From a plasmid: DNA of 64,000 nucleotides. Below, piece after piece: positions 22,410 through 32,008 of this stretch. Under the pieces are notes generated by a model. That model searched no databases, was not told the origin of the DNA, and worked only from the letters and a program-made list of their open reading frames with translations. Position 1 is the stretch's first letter. Each line of letters starts with the position of its first letter. The stretch lies in the sequence record NZ_CP015284.1, one strand, 5' to 3'. The translations under genes were made by a program, and so were the position numbers.

Positions 22410-22493
22410 ATTAAATGTCTAACTTTTTGGAGTCAGTACAAAATAGGGTGTTTTAAATGAAGACAACGACGTTTTTATGATAATATTATATTT

Positions 22494-22937
22494 ATGAAGT
22501 TACATCTTTTTAAAACACGTATAAATAATATTCTACTCTCAGAAACAATAAAATATCTTTTTTTTGGTGTATTGGCAACCATAGTGTATTTTATAACAAG
22601 GACTATTACATATTTAATATTTGATTCTGCTATATTTTCTTCAGTGATAGCAAGCATTATATCAATCCTCTTTGCATTTTTTACAAACGATATTTTTGTA
22701 TTTAATCAATCTTCACAAAAGCGTATAAAAAGACTTATAAAATTTTTTATAGCACGACTTTTTACTCTACTCTTAGATATGTTCTTTGCTTGGTTTCTTG
22801 TAGATAAATATCCTAATATTTTAGGTGTTCTAGTTAAACATAATATACAAATTGTTAATATTTTAGAATCTTTTATATCACAATTTTTTATTATTGTACT
22901 AAATTACATTATAAGTAAATTTTTGATTTTTAAGTGA
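22494..22937 (+). CDS. GtrA-family polysaccharide-synthesis membrane protein
   Basis: 147 aa, four predicted TM helices. ETIKYLFFGVLATIVYF pattern typical of GtrA. Confidence 0.5.
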   Translation: MKLHLFKTRINNILLSETIKYLFFGVLATIVYFITRTITYLIFDSAIFSSVIASIISILFAFFTNDIFVFNQSSQKRIKRLIKFFIARLFTLLLDMFFAWFLVDKYPNILGVLVKHNIQIVNILESFISQFFIIVLNYIISKFLIFK

Positions 22938-23028
22938 AATGTCTCGCACGACAGCTCTCTGCAGGAGTTCCTCGGAAGGAGCGTTTATCGTTTTGATGTG
23001 GCAAAGCTAAGTCAAAACAGAATAAACG

Positions 23029-23265
23029 TTACTCTTTTGGAAATAGCTTACAAAGTTGTTCGATAGCTGAAAACATGGATTTGGCTGTTCTGTCTGGTAT
23101 CTTGAAAGCTAAGTAAAAGCGCGTTTTTCGCTCTAGGAAGGTCGCTAAACAGCCCTTGCTTTTGCCTCTGGAAGACACCACAGTATCGAGCTCCCAGTGA
23201 TCAAAGGTCTCACGATTCCTGACCTCTCTAGATGTTAGCTTTTCGTCACCCACTACAGTTGACAA
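23029..23265 (-). pseudogene. IS30-family transposase internal fragment
   Basis: Near-identical to residues of the disrupted IS30 copy at 41148..41564 (ETFDHWELDTVVSSRGKSKGCLATFLERKT...). Confidence 0.6.
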
Positions 23266-23453
23266 AGAACCTTATATCTCATCTTATGTAAAACCAAAAG
23301 TCCCCCTTGGTAGTCAAACCAAGGGGGACTTTTTCGAGGAAAATATAAGATTGATATTCTCCAACGCTCTTAAGAGCAATTCTATTTTCTATAAGTATTC
23401 TAGTATATTTAGATACATATGTCAACAGAAAAATATAATTTATTTAGCTTTAT

Positions 23454-24548
23454 TTAAAAATGATATTTTGAGTCCATAAAAATAAATTTTTTCCAGTCTT
23501 TTAAATTTGGATTCCCCATTCGTGTCAATAAACGAGTATTCAAGTCAAAATCAGGTGATTTGAAATGTTTATTGTTTCTATAAATAATTGAATTGATATG
23601 TTTTTTTAATGGTTTAGTACTTTCAAAATAATTGACAATCTGTAAAGTGTCAAATAAAGATAGGGCTGAAGGAGGTGTACCTGTTTCAGATGGTGTTAAA
23701 TTAAATAATGAAACCAAGCTCGCATTTAACTTAATATATTTTGGAGATTGGTAGCGATATACTAATGAACCGTGGGCACAAAAATTTCGAAGTGATTTAA
23801 TAATATCAAACATATTTAAAAATTCATTTCGATAAAATAATGGCATATTAAAGTCTTTCATTACCTTATTTAGTACGCTAGGATCTAAGTAATGTAGTAG
23901 ACAGATTACCTCTCCTAAGGTCATTGTTTCAACTGCGACCCAAAAAGGTACTGCAACGTGAGGATGATAGGTATAATTTGGAGCTTGGCCTGTACGAAAA
24001 GTTGTCTGACCGCTTTGGCTGGTATAACGTGAATCTGTATAAAACTGATAGTCAATGTGGTCGTTTTCGTTGATTAATTTTGTAAGATAAAAAGGTTTAA
24101 AAAGGATAAAATTATCAAATTCGTCATAGATCCTTTTGTTTTGGTAATTTACAAAGGGATAGTTGTTAGCAAATTGACTATTTCTTGGGTCTATATAATT
24201 TGATTTTAAGGTATAGTTCATAGTGTCACTTATTGTTAGACAATAAGTTTGTGTGAAATGGTGAGCTACTGAATTTTTTAACTTTGATTCAATATTATCT
24301 AAAATCTCCAGAATTGTAGTCGCCAATTTTTTATTAAATTTATAAATTGTAATAAAGTCATCTAATGTAACTTTATTGAATCGTTTGGGATTTCTACTAG
24401 AGAGTAAAAGGTTTTCAATTCCATTAAATAAATTAAAGTAATTATATTTTATTAGGGCATCATCAAGTTCTTTATCTTCAAAATACAATTTTCTTTCATG
24501 TAATTTTTGTTTTAAAGAATGACGCCCTTCGCTTTGTTTAATAGCCAT
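23454..24548 (-). CDS. abortive-infection protein, Abi_2 (AbiD/AbiF-like) family
   Basis: 364 aa. Size, Asn/Tyr/Phe-rich composition and internal motifs resemble AbiD1/AbiF. Family call from memory. Confidence 0.45.
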   Translation of the reverse strand: MAIKQSEGRHSLKQKLHERKLYFEDKELDDALIKYNYFNLFNGIENLLLSSRNPKRFNKVTLDDFITIYKFNKKLATTILEILDNIESKLKNSVAHHFTQTYCLTISDTMNYTLKSNYIDPRNSQFANNYPFVNYQNKRIYDEFDNFILFKPFYLTKLINENDHIDYQFYTDSRYTSQSGQTTFRTGQAPNYTYHPHVAVPFWVAVETMTLGEVICLLHYLDPSVLNKVMKDFNMPLFYRNEFLNMFDIIKSLRNFCAHGSLVYRYQSPKYIKLNASLVSLFNLTPSETGTPPSALSLFDTLQIVNYFESTKPLKKHINSIIYRNNKHFKSPDFDLNTRLLTRMGNPNLKDWKKFIFMDSKYHF

Positions 24549-24661
24549 GTGTTACTCCATATCCATAATATCTTGTCTTTAAGTATATCATATTTTAATA
24601 TTTTTTTATCACAATTCATCATGTAGTGATACTGTCCATAATTTTGTGTAAACACTCAAGT

Positions 24662-24745
24662 AGAGTTTGTACTGACCTCAAAAAGTTAGACATTTAATTT
24701 ATCCAAAGGATTTAGTTCTGTATTGCACAGGACTGAGTCCTTTTC
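24662..24745 (-). mobile_element. IS3-family right-end remnant (IR plus last 13 codons of orfB)
   Basis: tgtactgacctcaaaaagttagac IR and ...[13 protein letters not shown], identical to the end of the IS at 22370-22430. Confidence 0.6.
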
Positions 24746-24879
24746 TACAATTTGTCAAGTATATCAAGGTATTTGATGAAAAATAGTTTGAGTTCCATAT
24801 GTCAAACGAAGGAAATTGTCTTTTTTTTTTTGAGCTAAAGTTTAGTGTAAAAAGTGTACACAAAACCAACACCTTACCT

Positions 24880-26400
24880 AGTGATTTTTTTGATAAGGTG
24901 TTACAATAATATGGCATAAACAATTTTACCGATTTTGGGTAGAAGTATAATCGTAAAGTTTGTTATGCGTTATGAGGTAATACATTGTTCTGATGAGACG
25001 ATGTATAGAGGCAATCGTGTGTGGTTTGGTTGAAGTCACTTGCGATTGTCTTTTTCGTTTATCATAGAAGTCTGCGATATGACAAGGATTGCTGTGACTA
25101 GCTGAACCTATGTTATGAATGCACTTAAAGAGAATCTTTCTAGCATAGGGATTCCCACGTTTGGTGATATGTTCCTTGGCTAGAAAGTCCCCAGATTCAT
25201 AGTGTCTGAGGTCAATGCCGATAAAAGCATTGATTTGATTGGCAGAGTGAAATCGACGAATGTCACCAAGTTCACCAATAATGCTTGTCGCTGTAGTTTC
25301 AGCTATTCCAGGAATAGAGAGAAGAATCTCGTATTCTGGCAAAGGTTGAGCCAATGTTACCATCTCCTCTAAAACACTTTTTCTATATTCAGAAAGCCTA
25401 AGTAACTCCCCTGCATAGTATTTGACCTCTTCCATCATTGGAGAGGTTTTCTTGACCGCACAATAAGACTGATTAGCTAGTTTTGTAAGCTTATCTACTA
25501 AGTAAGTCACACGTTTTTCAGAGATGCGTTTTGATGTAGACTGACGGATGATAGCTCTTAATGTGGCGTCATCCAACTCCAGTACAAAACTATTACATGG
25601 AAAAGTTATGACCAAGTTCCAATATTGTTCCCCAGTTGGTGCCGACAAGATGTTTTCCAATTCAGGAAAAGTGACCTGTAAAACCTTGTGTAGACGGTTT
25701 TTAGCGCAGACAATATCTTCAGTAAGATTCTGATAGAAACGGCTAAGGTCTCGTAATTCTTGATAAAGCGCTTCTTGGACATAGCTTGGTTTACGATTGA
25801 GGATGAACTGAGACGCAGCTAGTTTTTCAGCGTCAATCTTATCAGTTTTACGTACTCGTAAGCTATCTAGTTGTTTTTTGGAGTCTAAGGGACTGAGGCG
25901 TGTATAAGCGTAACTATTATCCTCAAAGAAGGCCTGAAGACGACGAGAATAGACACCAGTCGCCTCGAAGACAATCTCTGGCTGGTGAACAGTCTTCAAG
26001 TCTCCAAGTAGTCGATTAAATCCGATGGCATCATTGGGTATGGTATAGCCATGTACTTTCTCTCCATTGATCAAGATGGCTACTTCTGAACTTGCTTTAC
26101 TCACGTCAATCCCAAAAACTACTCGCATTATATTACCTCTTTGTCTTGAATGATTCCTTGCTTTAGTGATGTCATTTTCAATACTCGACGTTTTTCGTCC
26201 CACATACTTTGATAACATTCTTCCTAAAACAGGTGTCTTGCCAGTTTTAGTTACGACGTCTAGCGCCAAAGGACTCATCGACTTAACAAGACACCTCTAC
26301 TTTAACATAACGAAAAAAAGTAGTGAGTACTTTCTCCCGTCGGAGATTTTCTCACTACTAATCTTAGTATGTTTTAATTTTACCTTAATTCGTTTGTTGT
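24880..26400 (-). mobile_element. IS110-family insertion sequence, copy 1
   Basis: About 1.5 kb block homologous, flanks included, to 34545-36055. Confidence 0.6.
24926..26128 (-). CDS. IS110-family (DEDD) transposase
   Basis: Starts MRVVFGIDVSKASSEVAI. Track ORF extends 50 codons upstream of this ATG. Confidence 0.7.
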   Translation of the reverse strand: MRVVFGIDVSKASSEVAILINGEKVHGYTIPNDAIGFNRLLGDLKTVHQPEIVFEATGVYSRRLQAFFEDNSYAYTRLSPLDSKKQLDSLRVRKTDKIDAEKLAASQFILNRKPSYVQEALYQELRDLSRFYQNLTEDIVCAKNRLHKVLQVTFPELENILSAPTGEQYWNLVITFPCNSFVLELDDATLRAIIRQSTSKRISEKRVTYLVDKLTKLANQSYCAVKKTSPMMEEVKYYAGELLRLSEYRKSVLEEMVTLAQPLPEYEILLSIPGIAETTATSIIGELGDIRRFHSANQINAFIGIDLRHYESGDFLAKEHITKRGNPYARKILFKCIHNIGSASHSNPCHIADFYDKRKRQSQVTSTKPHTIASIHRLIRTMYYLITHNKLYDYTSTQNR

Positions 26401-26860
26401 TGTAATAATCAATATAGTCTACAATAGCTTGTTCCAATTGCTCAAGTGAGTGAAACGTCTTCTCATAACCATAAAACATCTCAGACTTAAGAATGCCAAA
26501 GAAGGACTCCATCATACCATTGTCTGGACTATTTCCCTTACGTGACATGGACGGTTGAATCCCTTTATCCTCTAAAAATTGATGATAATACTGATGTTGG
26601 GATTGCCAACCGTGGTCACTATGGAGAATTGTATTTTCGTAATGCTCCTCTGTGAAGGCCTGGTCTAACATAGCTTTCACTTGTTCTAAGTTTGGTGAAG
26701 TTGAGAGATTATAGGCGAAATTCAGGAAAATTATTATGAGCATAAAGGAAATTATGGCTATCGCCGAATAGTGGACCATCTAGAATACAACAAACGATAG
26801 ACTTTTGGTGGACATCAATTCCACAACAAGTTTCAATCATAACTTCCATTACAAAAACCT
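26297..26860 (-). pseudogene. IS3-family orfB C-terminal fragment abutting an IS110-like N-terminal fragment
   Basis: ...[43 protein letters not shown]. Reverse complement of 26780-26860 encodes MEVMIETCCGIDVHQKSIVCCILDG. Confidence 0.5.
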
Positions 26861-27204
26861 CCTGTTAACTATTGAACAATAGAACAAGAGGCTACTAGTA
26901 ATTTTATTTTCATGCTCAAGGCATATTCGAGTTATCTCATGACTCTTGTTCATCCAGTTTTTGTTACAGGCTAGGCAAAGCCCTATTAAAAACTACGGAT
27001 TTGTATTGTTCACCTTCATTATAAGCCGAACTTTCTTTTCTGTCATGAGTTAGCAGGCTAATCCTGCTTAGAGTTTTTGTTGCACTTCATTTTACAACAG
27101 GGTGAAAAGTTTTCTTCATGTATTTGTCGAAATTCTAAATTGAATAATCGTGAATAAATGTTATAATACAGACGAGTAAGCGATTTCTTTAGACGGAGGA
27201 AAGT

Positions 27205-27885
27205 ATGGTCGAAAAAATTCGGATGTACATCGGAGTTCTTTCTTATAAAAAGGAAGGCCGAGAGGGACAAAAGGGAACAGGTTGTATTTTTAGTTATAAA
27301 GGGAAATGGTTCTTAGCAACTGCAGCACATTGCGTTTATGATATAGATGAAGATAAATTTTACACCGATTTTAAATTTACTCAGCCAAATAGTGGAAAGG
27401 AATATATACTTGGTGATGTTTACTTACATAAATTTTGGTCGAGTTTATATGCCCCAGAGTATGATATTGCTTTTTTTAATATTTATTGTGATGATAATTT
27501 TTTTAATTTGGATAGGACTTATTTAACACCTTATTTTGAAATTTCAAATGATAACAAATTTACAATTGCTGGTTTTCCTGGAAAGATACTTAGAAATAAA
27601 TTATATATAAAGAGGGATAACAACGGGATTAGCGATAGAATGTATTCGTCGAGTTTAATAGGAATAAGGACCTGTAAAAAAGAGGGAATGTCGGGAGGAC
27701 CTTTAATATGTCAAAATGAAGATAGTTTGAGTATAGTTGGTACTATTAGTTTGTCTTTTGTATCTGAAAAAGGGATTTTATGGTGTGCTCCATGGAATAA
27801 AGACTTCAAGGCTATTCTTGAGTTTCTGACAAGTGATAAACAAGCGGAGCCAGACTTTATGGAAATGTATAATTGGAAAATATAG
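27205..27885 (+). CDS. trypsin-like serine protease, candidate lanthipeptide leader peptidase
   Basis: TAAHC (His), GMSGGP (Ser) catalytic motifs. No signal peptide. Immediately upstream of LanKC (15-nt gap). Confidence 0.55.
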   Translation: MVEKIRMYIGVLSYKKEGREGQKGTGCIFSYKGKWFLATAAHCVYDIDEDKFYTDFKFTQPNSGKEYILGDVYLHKFWSSLYAPEYDIAFFNIYCDDNFFNLDRTYLTPYFEISNDNKFTIAGFPGKILRNKLYIKRDNNGISDRMYSSSLIGIRTCKKEGMSGGPLICQNEDSLSIVGTISLSFVSEKGILWCAPWNKDFKAILEFLTSDKQAEPDFMEMYNWKI

Positions 27886-27900
27886 AAATGGAGGATAACA

Positions 27901-30465
27901 ATGGATGTAAGGTATGAAATGTATTTAGCCCCCAATAATAAATTTTACAAACGAGCAGGAGCAACCAACAAAAAGAAAACTATGCTTTATGTAAAAGATT
28001 TACCAGAGGGATGGTATTCAAAAATTGGTAAGGAGAAGCACTGGCATTATTGTGGTCCAATTGGTGTTCCTATCCCACCACAAGGTTGGAAGATTCACAT
28101 CAGTTCTACATTAGACAATGCTCAAAAAACACTTGATATCGTATCAAAAATACTAATCTCTAGAAACACTCATTTTAAATTTGTAATGAGTTCATGGGAT
28201 TTATTTGTGAAAAATTCAAAATATGGTGATAGAAGCGCTTCGGGAAAATTTATTACAATTTATCCGGCGACGATTTATTTGTTTTTTACTTTACTTGATG
28301 AATTGGATAAAGCACTTTCTGGATTAGAAAATGGGGCTTATATATTAAATGATAATCGTTGGTTCTTTGGAAATGTATACTTTAGATACGGTGGTTTCTT
28401 AGAAATGCATACTCAAGAGGGAGAAGATGGTATAATTAATGAGTACGGAGAAATTATACCAGATCAACGAATTCCTGGATATGTTGTTCCTTCTTTTGTG
28501 GAAATACCTGAGAAATTAAAAGCGATGGAGTTGGAAAAAGAAAATAAGTCTTTAGATGCTAGTAAATTAGATGATTATAATATATCTGAAGCAATGCATT
28601 TTAGTAATGGAGGTGGAGTTTATAAAGCAACTAACGTATCTTCTGGAGAAAATGTAATAATAAAGGAGGGAAGGCCGGAGGCAGGTCTGGACAGTACAGG
28701 AAAAGATGGTTTTAAAAGGCTATCAATTGAATTTGAAACATTGTCTAAATTGGCAGATGTTGATGAAGTTGTTGATGTTTATGAATATTTTAAAGCGTGG
28801 GAAAATGTTTATTTAGTTGAAGAAGTGGTAAATGGGATTCCTCTCCAATCTTGGATTGCTCAAAATTATCCATTTGGTGGATCAGAGGATAAAAAGAAAA
28901 GCTATCTTCGTAAGACGTTGGATATTACAGAAAAAATAAAAACTGGTTTACAAAAGATACACGATAAAGATGTTGGAATAGGTGATTTATCACCATCTAA
29001 TATTTTAATTAACAATGATACACTCGAAATCAAGTTTATAGATTTCGAAACTGCGGGAGTTGCTGATGCTAAATATTCACCAAGTTTAGCCACTCCGGGT
29101 TTTGTTTCAAAGTATTCTAAAACAAGGAAACAATCTGATTGGTTTAGTTTTTATAGGATTGTATATTCTATGTTAGCACCAATTGCTCCAATTCAAGATA
29201 TCGAAATTAAAAATGAACAAAAAATAGATAAGTGGATTTTAATGACATTTGGTAGCGAGGCATATAATTACGTTAATAACTTAAAAAAACTTCTTCCTCT
29301 ATCTAAGCGTATGTATTACTCAGATGTTCAAGAAAACAGATTGGATTATGATTTAGATAATTTAACTTCAAAAGTTCGTCTAGGAATAATATCTCATTTA
29401 CAACCTAGTAAGAAGCAATTGATTCCGGGAGACATAAGGCAATTTGAATACTCAGGTGGTATGTATAATGTTTTAACTGGTGGTTTTGGGGTAATAATGT
29501 CACTTGTTAGAACTGGGGAAATTTCACAATCTATTAAAGAATGGGCAATTAGATATTCAAAGGAAAAGTATTTGGCGGAGTTAGATTCGGGACTATTTTC
29601 TGGAAAATCAGGAATTGCTTGTATATTATTTGAATTAGGAGAAATCCAACGCTCTAAGGAAATAATTGGCTCAATTACTATTCCAAATGAAGCTTCAGAT
29701 ATTTCTCTAATGACAGGTCTATCTGGGATAGGACTTGCACTTTTATCATTTTATACTTCATTAAATGAACATTCATATTTAGAAAAGGCTACCAAAGCTG
29801 CTAATGAGATAAAAAATATCTTTAGTAAAAATACTGAAATCTATTCAAAAGATCCAGATTTTTTTCCTAAAGGTCTATTTGATGGATGGAGTGGAGCTGT
29901 GATGTTTTTCGGTGCATTATATACAGTCACAAAAAATAAAGAGTGGCTTGATTTTGCAGAGAAAATGATGAGTAGAGAATTAGAAAGTTGTGTTTTAGAT
30001 GATGATGGAATTCTTCATATTGAAGATGAGCAAAGACTACTTCCCTATTTAGCGGGAGGAGGAGTGGGTGTAGCAGTCGCTCTACTTTCTCTTGCTAAGA
30101 AAACAAATAAAGAATTTTACTTTAAAAAATTTGAACAGACTCTTCCATTAGCCTCAACTGTTTGTTGTTATAATAGTGGTCTATTTAGAGGATATGCTGG
30201 TTTTTTACTTTTTGTTTCCTTTTTAGAACAAGAGTATGGTATAATAAATAGAGAGAAAACGCTGACATTACTGAGTACAATTCAATTGTATGCAGTAACA
30301 ACGACAGGGCAGGAAGTAATGTTTCCTGGAGACTATGGCTACAGATTGTCAGGTGATTTATTTTCTGGTTCTTCAGGTGTACTTATTGCTCTAGAAGCAA
30401 TGAGAGGGAAGAGTTGGAAAAACTGGATTCCATTGATTTCTGAAACGATGGATGTGTTATTGTGA
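27901..30465 (+). CDS. class III lanthipeptide synthetase LanKC (lyase - Ser/Thr kinase - LanC-like cyclase lacking Cys/His zinc ligands)
   Basis: Central kinase motifs (VGIGDLSPSNILIN, IDFETAG). C-terminal LanC-like Gly-rich repeats (SGKSGIACILFELG, GLSGIGLALLSF, GWSGAVMFFGALY, GGGVGVAVALL, SGSSGVLIAL). No CHG zinc-ligand motif. Confidence 0.7.
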   Translation: MDVRYEMYLAPNNKFYKRAGATNKKKTMLYVKDLPEGWYSKIGKEKHWHYCGPIGVPIPPQGWKIHISSTLDNAQKTLDIVSKILISRNTHFKFVMSSWDLFVKNSKYGDRSASGKFITIYPATIYLFFTLLDELDKALSGLENGAYILNDNRWFFGNVYFRYGGFLEMHTQEGEDGIINEYGEIIPDQRIPGYVVPSFVEIPEKLKAMELEKENKSLDASKLDDYNISEAMHFSNGGGVYKATNVSSGENVIIKEGRPEAGLDSTGKDGFKRLSIEFETLSKLADVDEVVDVYEYFKAWENVYLVEEVVNGIPLQSWIAQNYPFGGSEDKKKSYLRKTLDITEKIKTGLQKIHDKDVGIGDLSPSNILINNDTLEIKFIDFETAGVADAKYSPSLATPGFVSKYSKTRKQSDWFSFYRIVYSMLAPIAPIQDIEIKNEQKIDKWILMTFGSEAYNYVNNLKKLLPLSKRMYYSDVQENRLDYDLDNLTSKVRLGIISHLQPSKKQLIPGDIRQFEYSGGMYNVLTGGFGVIMSLVRTGEISQSIKEWAIRYSKEKYLAELDSGLFSGKSGIACILFELGEIQRSKEIIGSITIPNEASDISLMTGLSGIGLALLSFYTSLNEHSYLEKATKAANEIKNIFSKNTEIYSKDPDFFPKGLFDGWSGAVMFFGALYTVTKNKEWLDFAEKMMSRELESCVLDDDGILHIEDEQRLLPYLAGGGVGVAVALLSLAKKTNKEFYFKKFEQTLPLASTVCCYNSGLFRGYAGFLLFVSFLEQEYGIINREKTLTLLSTIQLYAVTTTGQEVMFPGDYGYRLSGDLFSGSSGVLIALEAMRGKSWKNWIPLISETMDVLL

Positions 30466-30499
30466 TTGAGTTTTTATTAAGATATTATATTTTATATAA

Positions 30500-31557
30500 T
30501 CCCAATTTGTAAAATTAAGCTAGACAGAAAAAGCCATCTATGTTAGGCTCAGATAAACACCACATTTGTCTGAAAGGAACTAACATAAATGACCTATACT
30601 CATCTTATCACAAACGAGCTTGTAATGATAGAGGCTTACTATCAAGAAGACATAAAAGTTTCAGATATTGTGACTTCACTTGGCAGATCAAAACAGACAA
30701 TCTACAATGTCATCAACTATCTGAAAGAGGGGCACTCTGCTTATGATTACTATAACCGATATAAAATCAATAAGAAACGCTGTGGCAGGAATAAAACCAG
30801 TCTTACGCAATCAGAAAAAGATTTTATCCAAACTCATTTAGAACAAAATTGGAGCCTTGATGTCATTAAAGGAACTTATCCAGATAGGGTTGCTTGTTCT
30901 ATGAGAACTCTCTATCGACTAGCAGACCATGGTATTCTAAAGAAAGAGGATCTCCCTTGGAAAGGCAAAAGAAAACCAAATGGTCATAGCGAAAAACGAG
31001 GAAAACAAGCGTTGCGCAGAGATTTAAGTGAGAGAGCAGACAGTCATCCTAATTTTAAGACGGGATTCGGTCATCTAGAAGGGGATACAATTGTGGGAGA
31101 AAAACACAAAAGTGCAGTCATTACCTTAGTAGAATGCTTCTCAAAAGCCATCATCACACTGAAAATCAATGGATGGAAAGCAAGTGATATTGAGGCCTCC
31201 ATCAATCAATGGTTGTCTCAAGTTCCCAGTCATCTCTTTAAGTCGATAACTTTTGATTGTGGGAAAGAATTTTCTAATTGGAAATCTATTTCGAATGCAC
31301 ATGACATTGATATTTTCTTTGCGGATCCAGGATGTCCTGGTCAAAGAGGTCTCAATGAACATTCTAATGGCTTATTAAGACGAAATGGATTACCGAAACA
31401 GATGGTTTTTACTAATATTTCTCAAAAATATTTATCAGCTATAGCTGATAAAAGAAATAGAATTTCTAGGAAATCATTGAATTATCAATCACCATACCAA
31501 GTTTTTCTGAGTTACTTGAAAAGTCTAACTTAATTTAACAATTTAGGAATATAGGGT
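30500..31557 (+). mobile_element. IS30-family insertion sequence between LanKC and the precursor genes
   Basis: Full-length transposase. Right boundary placed where homology to the duplicated precursor cassette (40497 onward) begins. Confidence 0.55.
30589..31533 (+). CDS. IS30-family transposase
   Basis: 314 aa, N-terminal HTH, DDE region (GHLEGDTIVG...FADPGCPGQRGLNEHSNGLLR). Confidence 0.8.
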   Translation: MTYTHLITNELVMIEAYYQEDIKVSDIVTSLGRSKQTIYNVINYLKEGHSAYDYYNRYKINKKRCGRNKTSLTQSEKDFIQTHLEQNWSLDVIKGTYPDRVACSMRTLYRLADHGILKKEDLPWKGKRKPNGHSEKRGKQALRRDLSERADSHPNFKTGFGHLEGDTIVGEKHKSAVITLVECFSKAIITLKINGWKASDIEASINQWLSQVPSHLFKSITFDCGKEFSNWKSISNAHDIDIFFADPGCPGQRGLNEHSNGLLRRNGLPKQMVFTNISQKYLSAIADKRNRISRKSLNYQSPYQVFLSYLKSLT

Positions 31558-31634
31558 ATTATTAAGTGAAATCAATTTTTTTACAATAGATTCATACAGA
31601 GTCACTTATTCTTAAATAATGAAGGAGAACAGAA

Positions 31635-31754
31635 ATGAAAAATATCTTATCTTTACAACAACTTAAAGTAAAAGAAAATACTAAATTGATGGCTAAATCA
31701 TCAAAAAGCATAAACTGTAAAAATAGTAGCCATGCTAGCTGGTTTGTTTGCTAG
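31635..31754 (+). CDS. class III lanthipeptide precursor A1 (39 aa)
   Basis: MKNILSLQQLKVKENTKLMAKSSKSINCKNSSHASWFVC. GGAG RBS. Leader ILSLQ (ILxLQ-like). Two S-xx-S-xx(x)-C motifs (SSKSINC, SSHASWFVC). Confidence 0.6.
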   Translation: MKNILSLQQLKVKENTKLMAKSSKSINCKNSSHASWFVC

Positions 31755-31810
31755 TCTCTAAAATTAAAATTACTTTTCATTTTTTATCTTAGTTTTATAG
31801 GAGGAATCAA

Positions 31811-31924
31811 ATGAAGAAAATACTATCTTTACAGCAATTAAAAAAAACAGAAAGAGCTAAAACGAAATCTAGTATGAGTTTGAACTGTCAAATGAGTAGT
31901 AATAATAGCTGGTTTTTCTGCTAA
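31811..31924 (+). CDS. class III lanthipeptide precursor A2 (37 aa)
   Basis: MKKILSLQQLKKTERAKTKSSMSLNCQMSSNNSWFFC. AGGAGG RBS. Motifs SSMSLNC and SSNNSWFFC. Confidence 0.6.
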   Translation: MKKILSLQQLKKTERAKTKSSMSLNCQMSSNNSWFFC

Positions 31925-32008
31925 AAAAGTATTTTAAATGTTTACCTAATAATACCCTAACTAGCCTTGAAAGTTTTTCAAGGCTAGTTGCATAGTGAGA
32001 GTAATGAT

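Larger units (their letters stand above)
20987..22445 (+). mobile_element. IS3-family insertion sequence (orfA/orfB with -1 frameshift arrangement)
   Basis: Terminal inverted repeats aaaacaccctattttTGAACTGCACCCCAAAAGTTAGAC (left) and reverse complement of GTCTAACTTTTTGGAGTCAGTACAaaatagggtgtttt (right). Inserted 39 bp after the DarB-like stop. Confidence 0.7.

Noticed and set aside
26130-26278. 50-codon N-terminal extension of the IS110 transposase given in the ORF track
   Set aside because: The conserved IS110 N-terminus MRVVFGIDVSK starts at an internal ATG, and the second IS copy begins exactly there. The upstream extension is read-through of flanking DNA.
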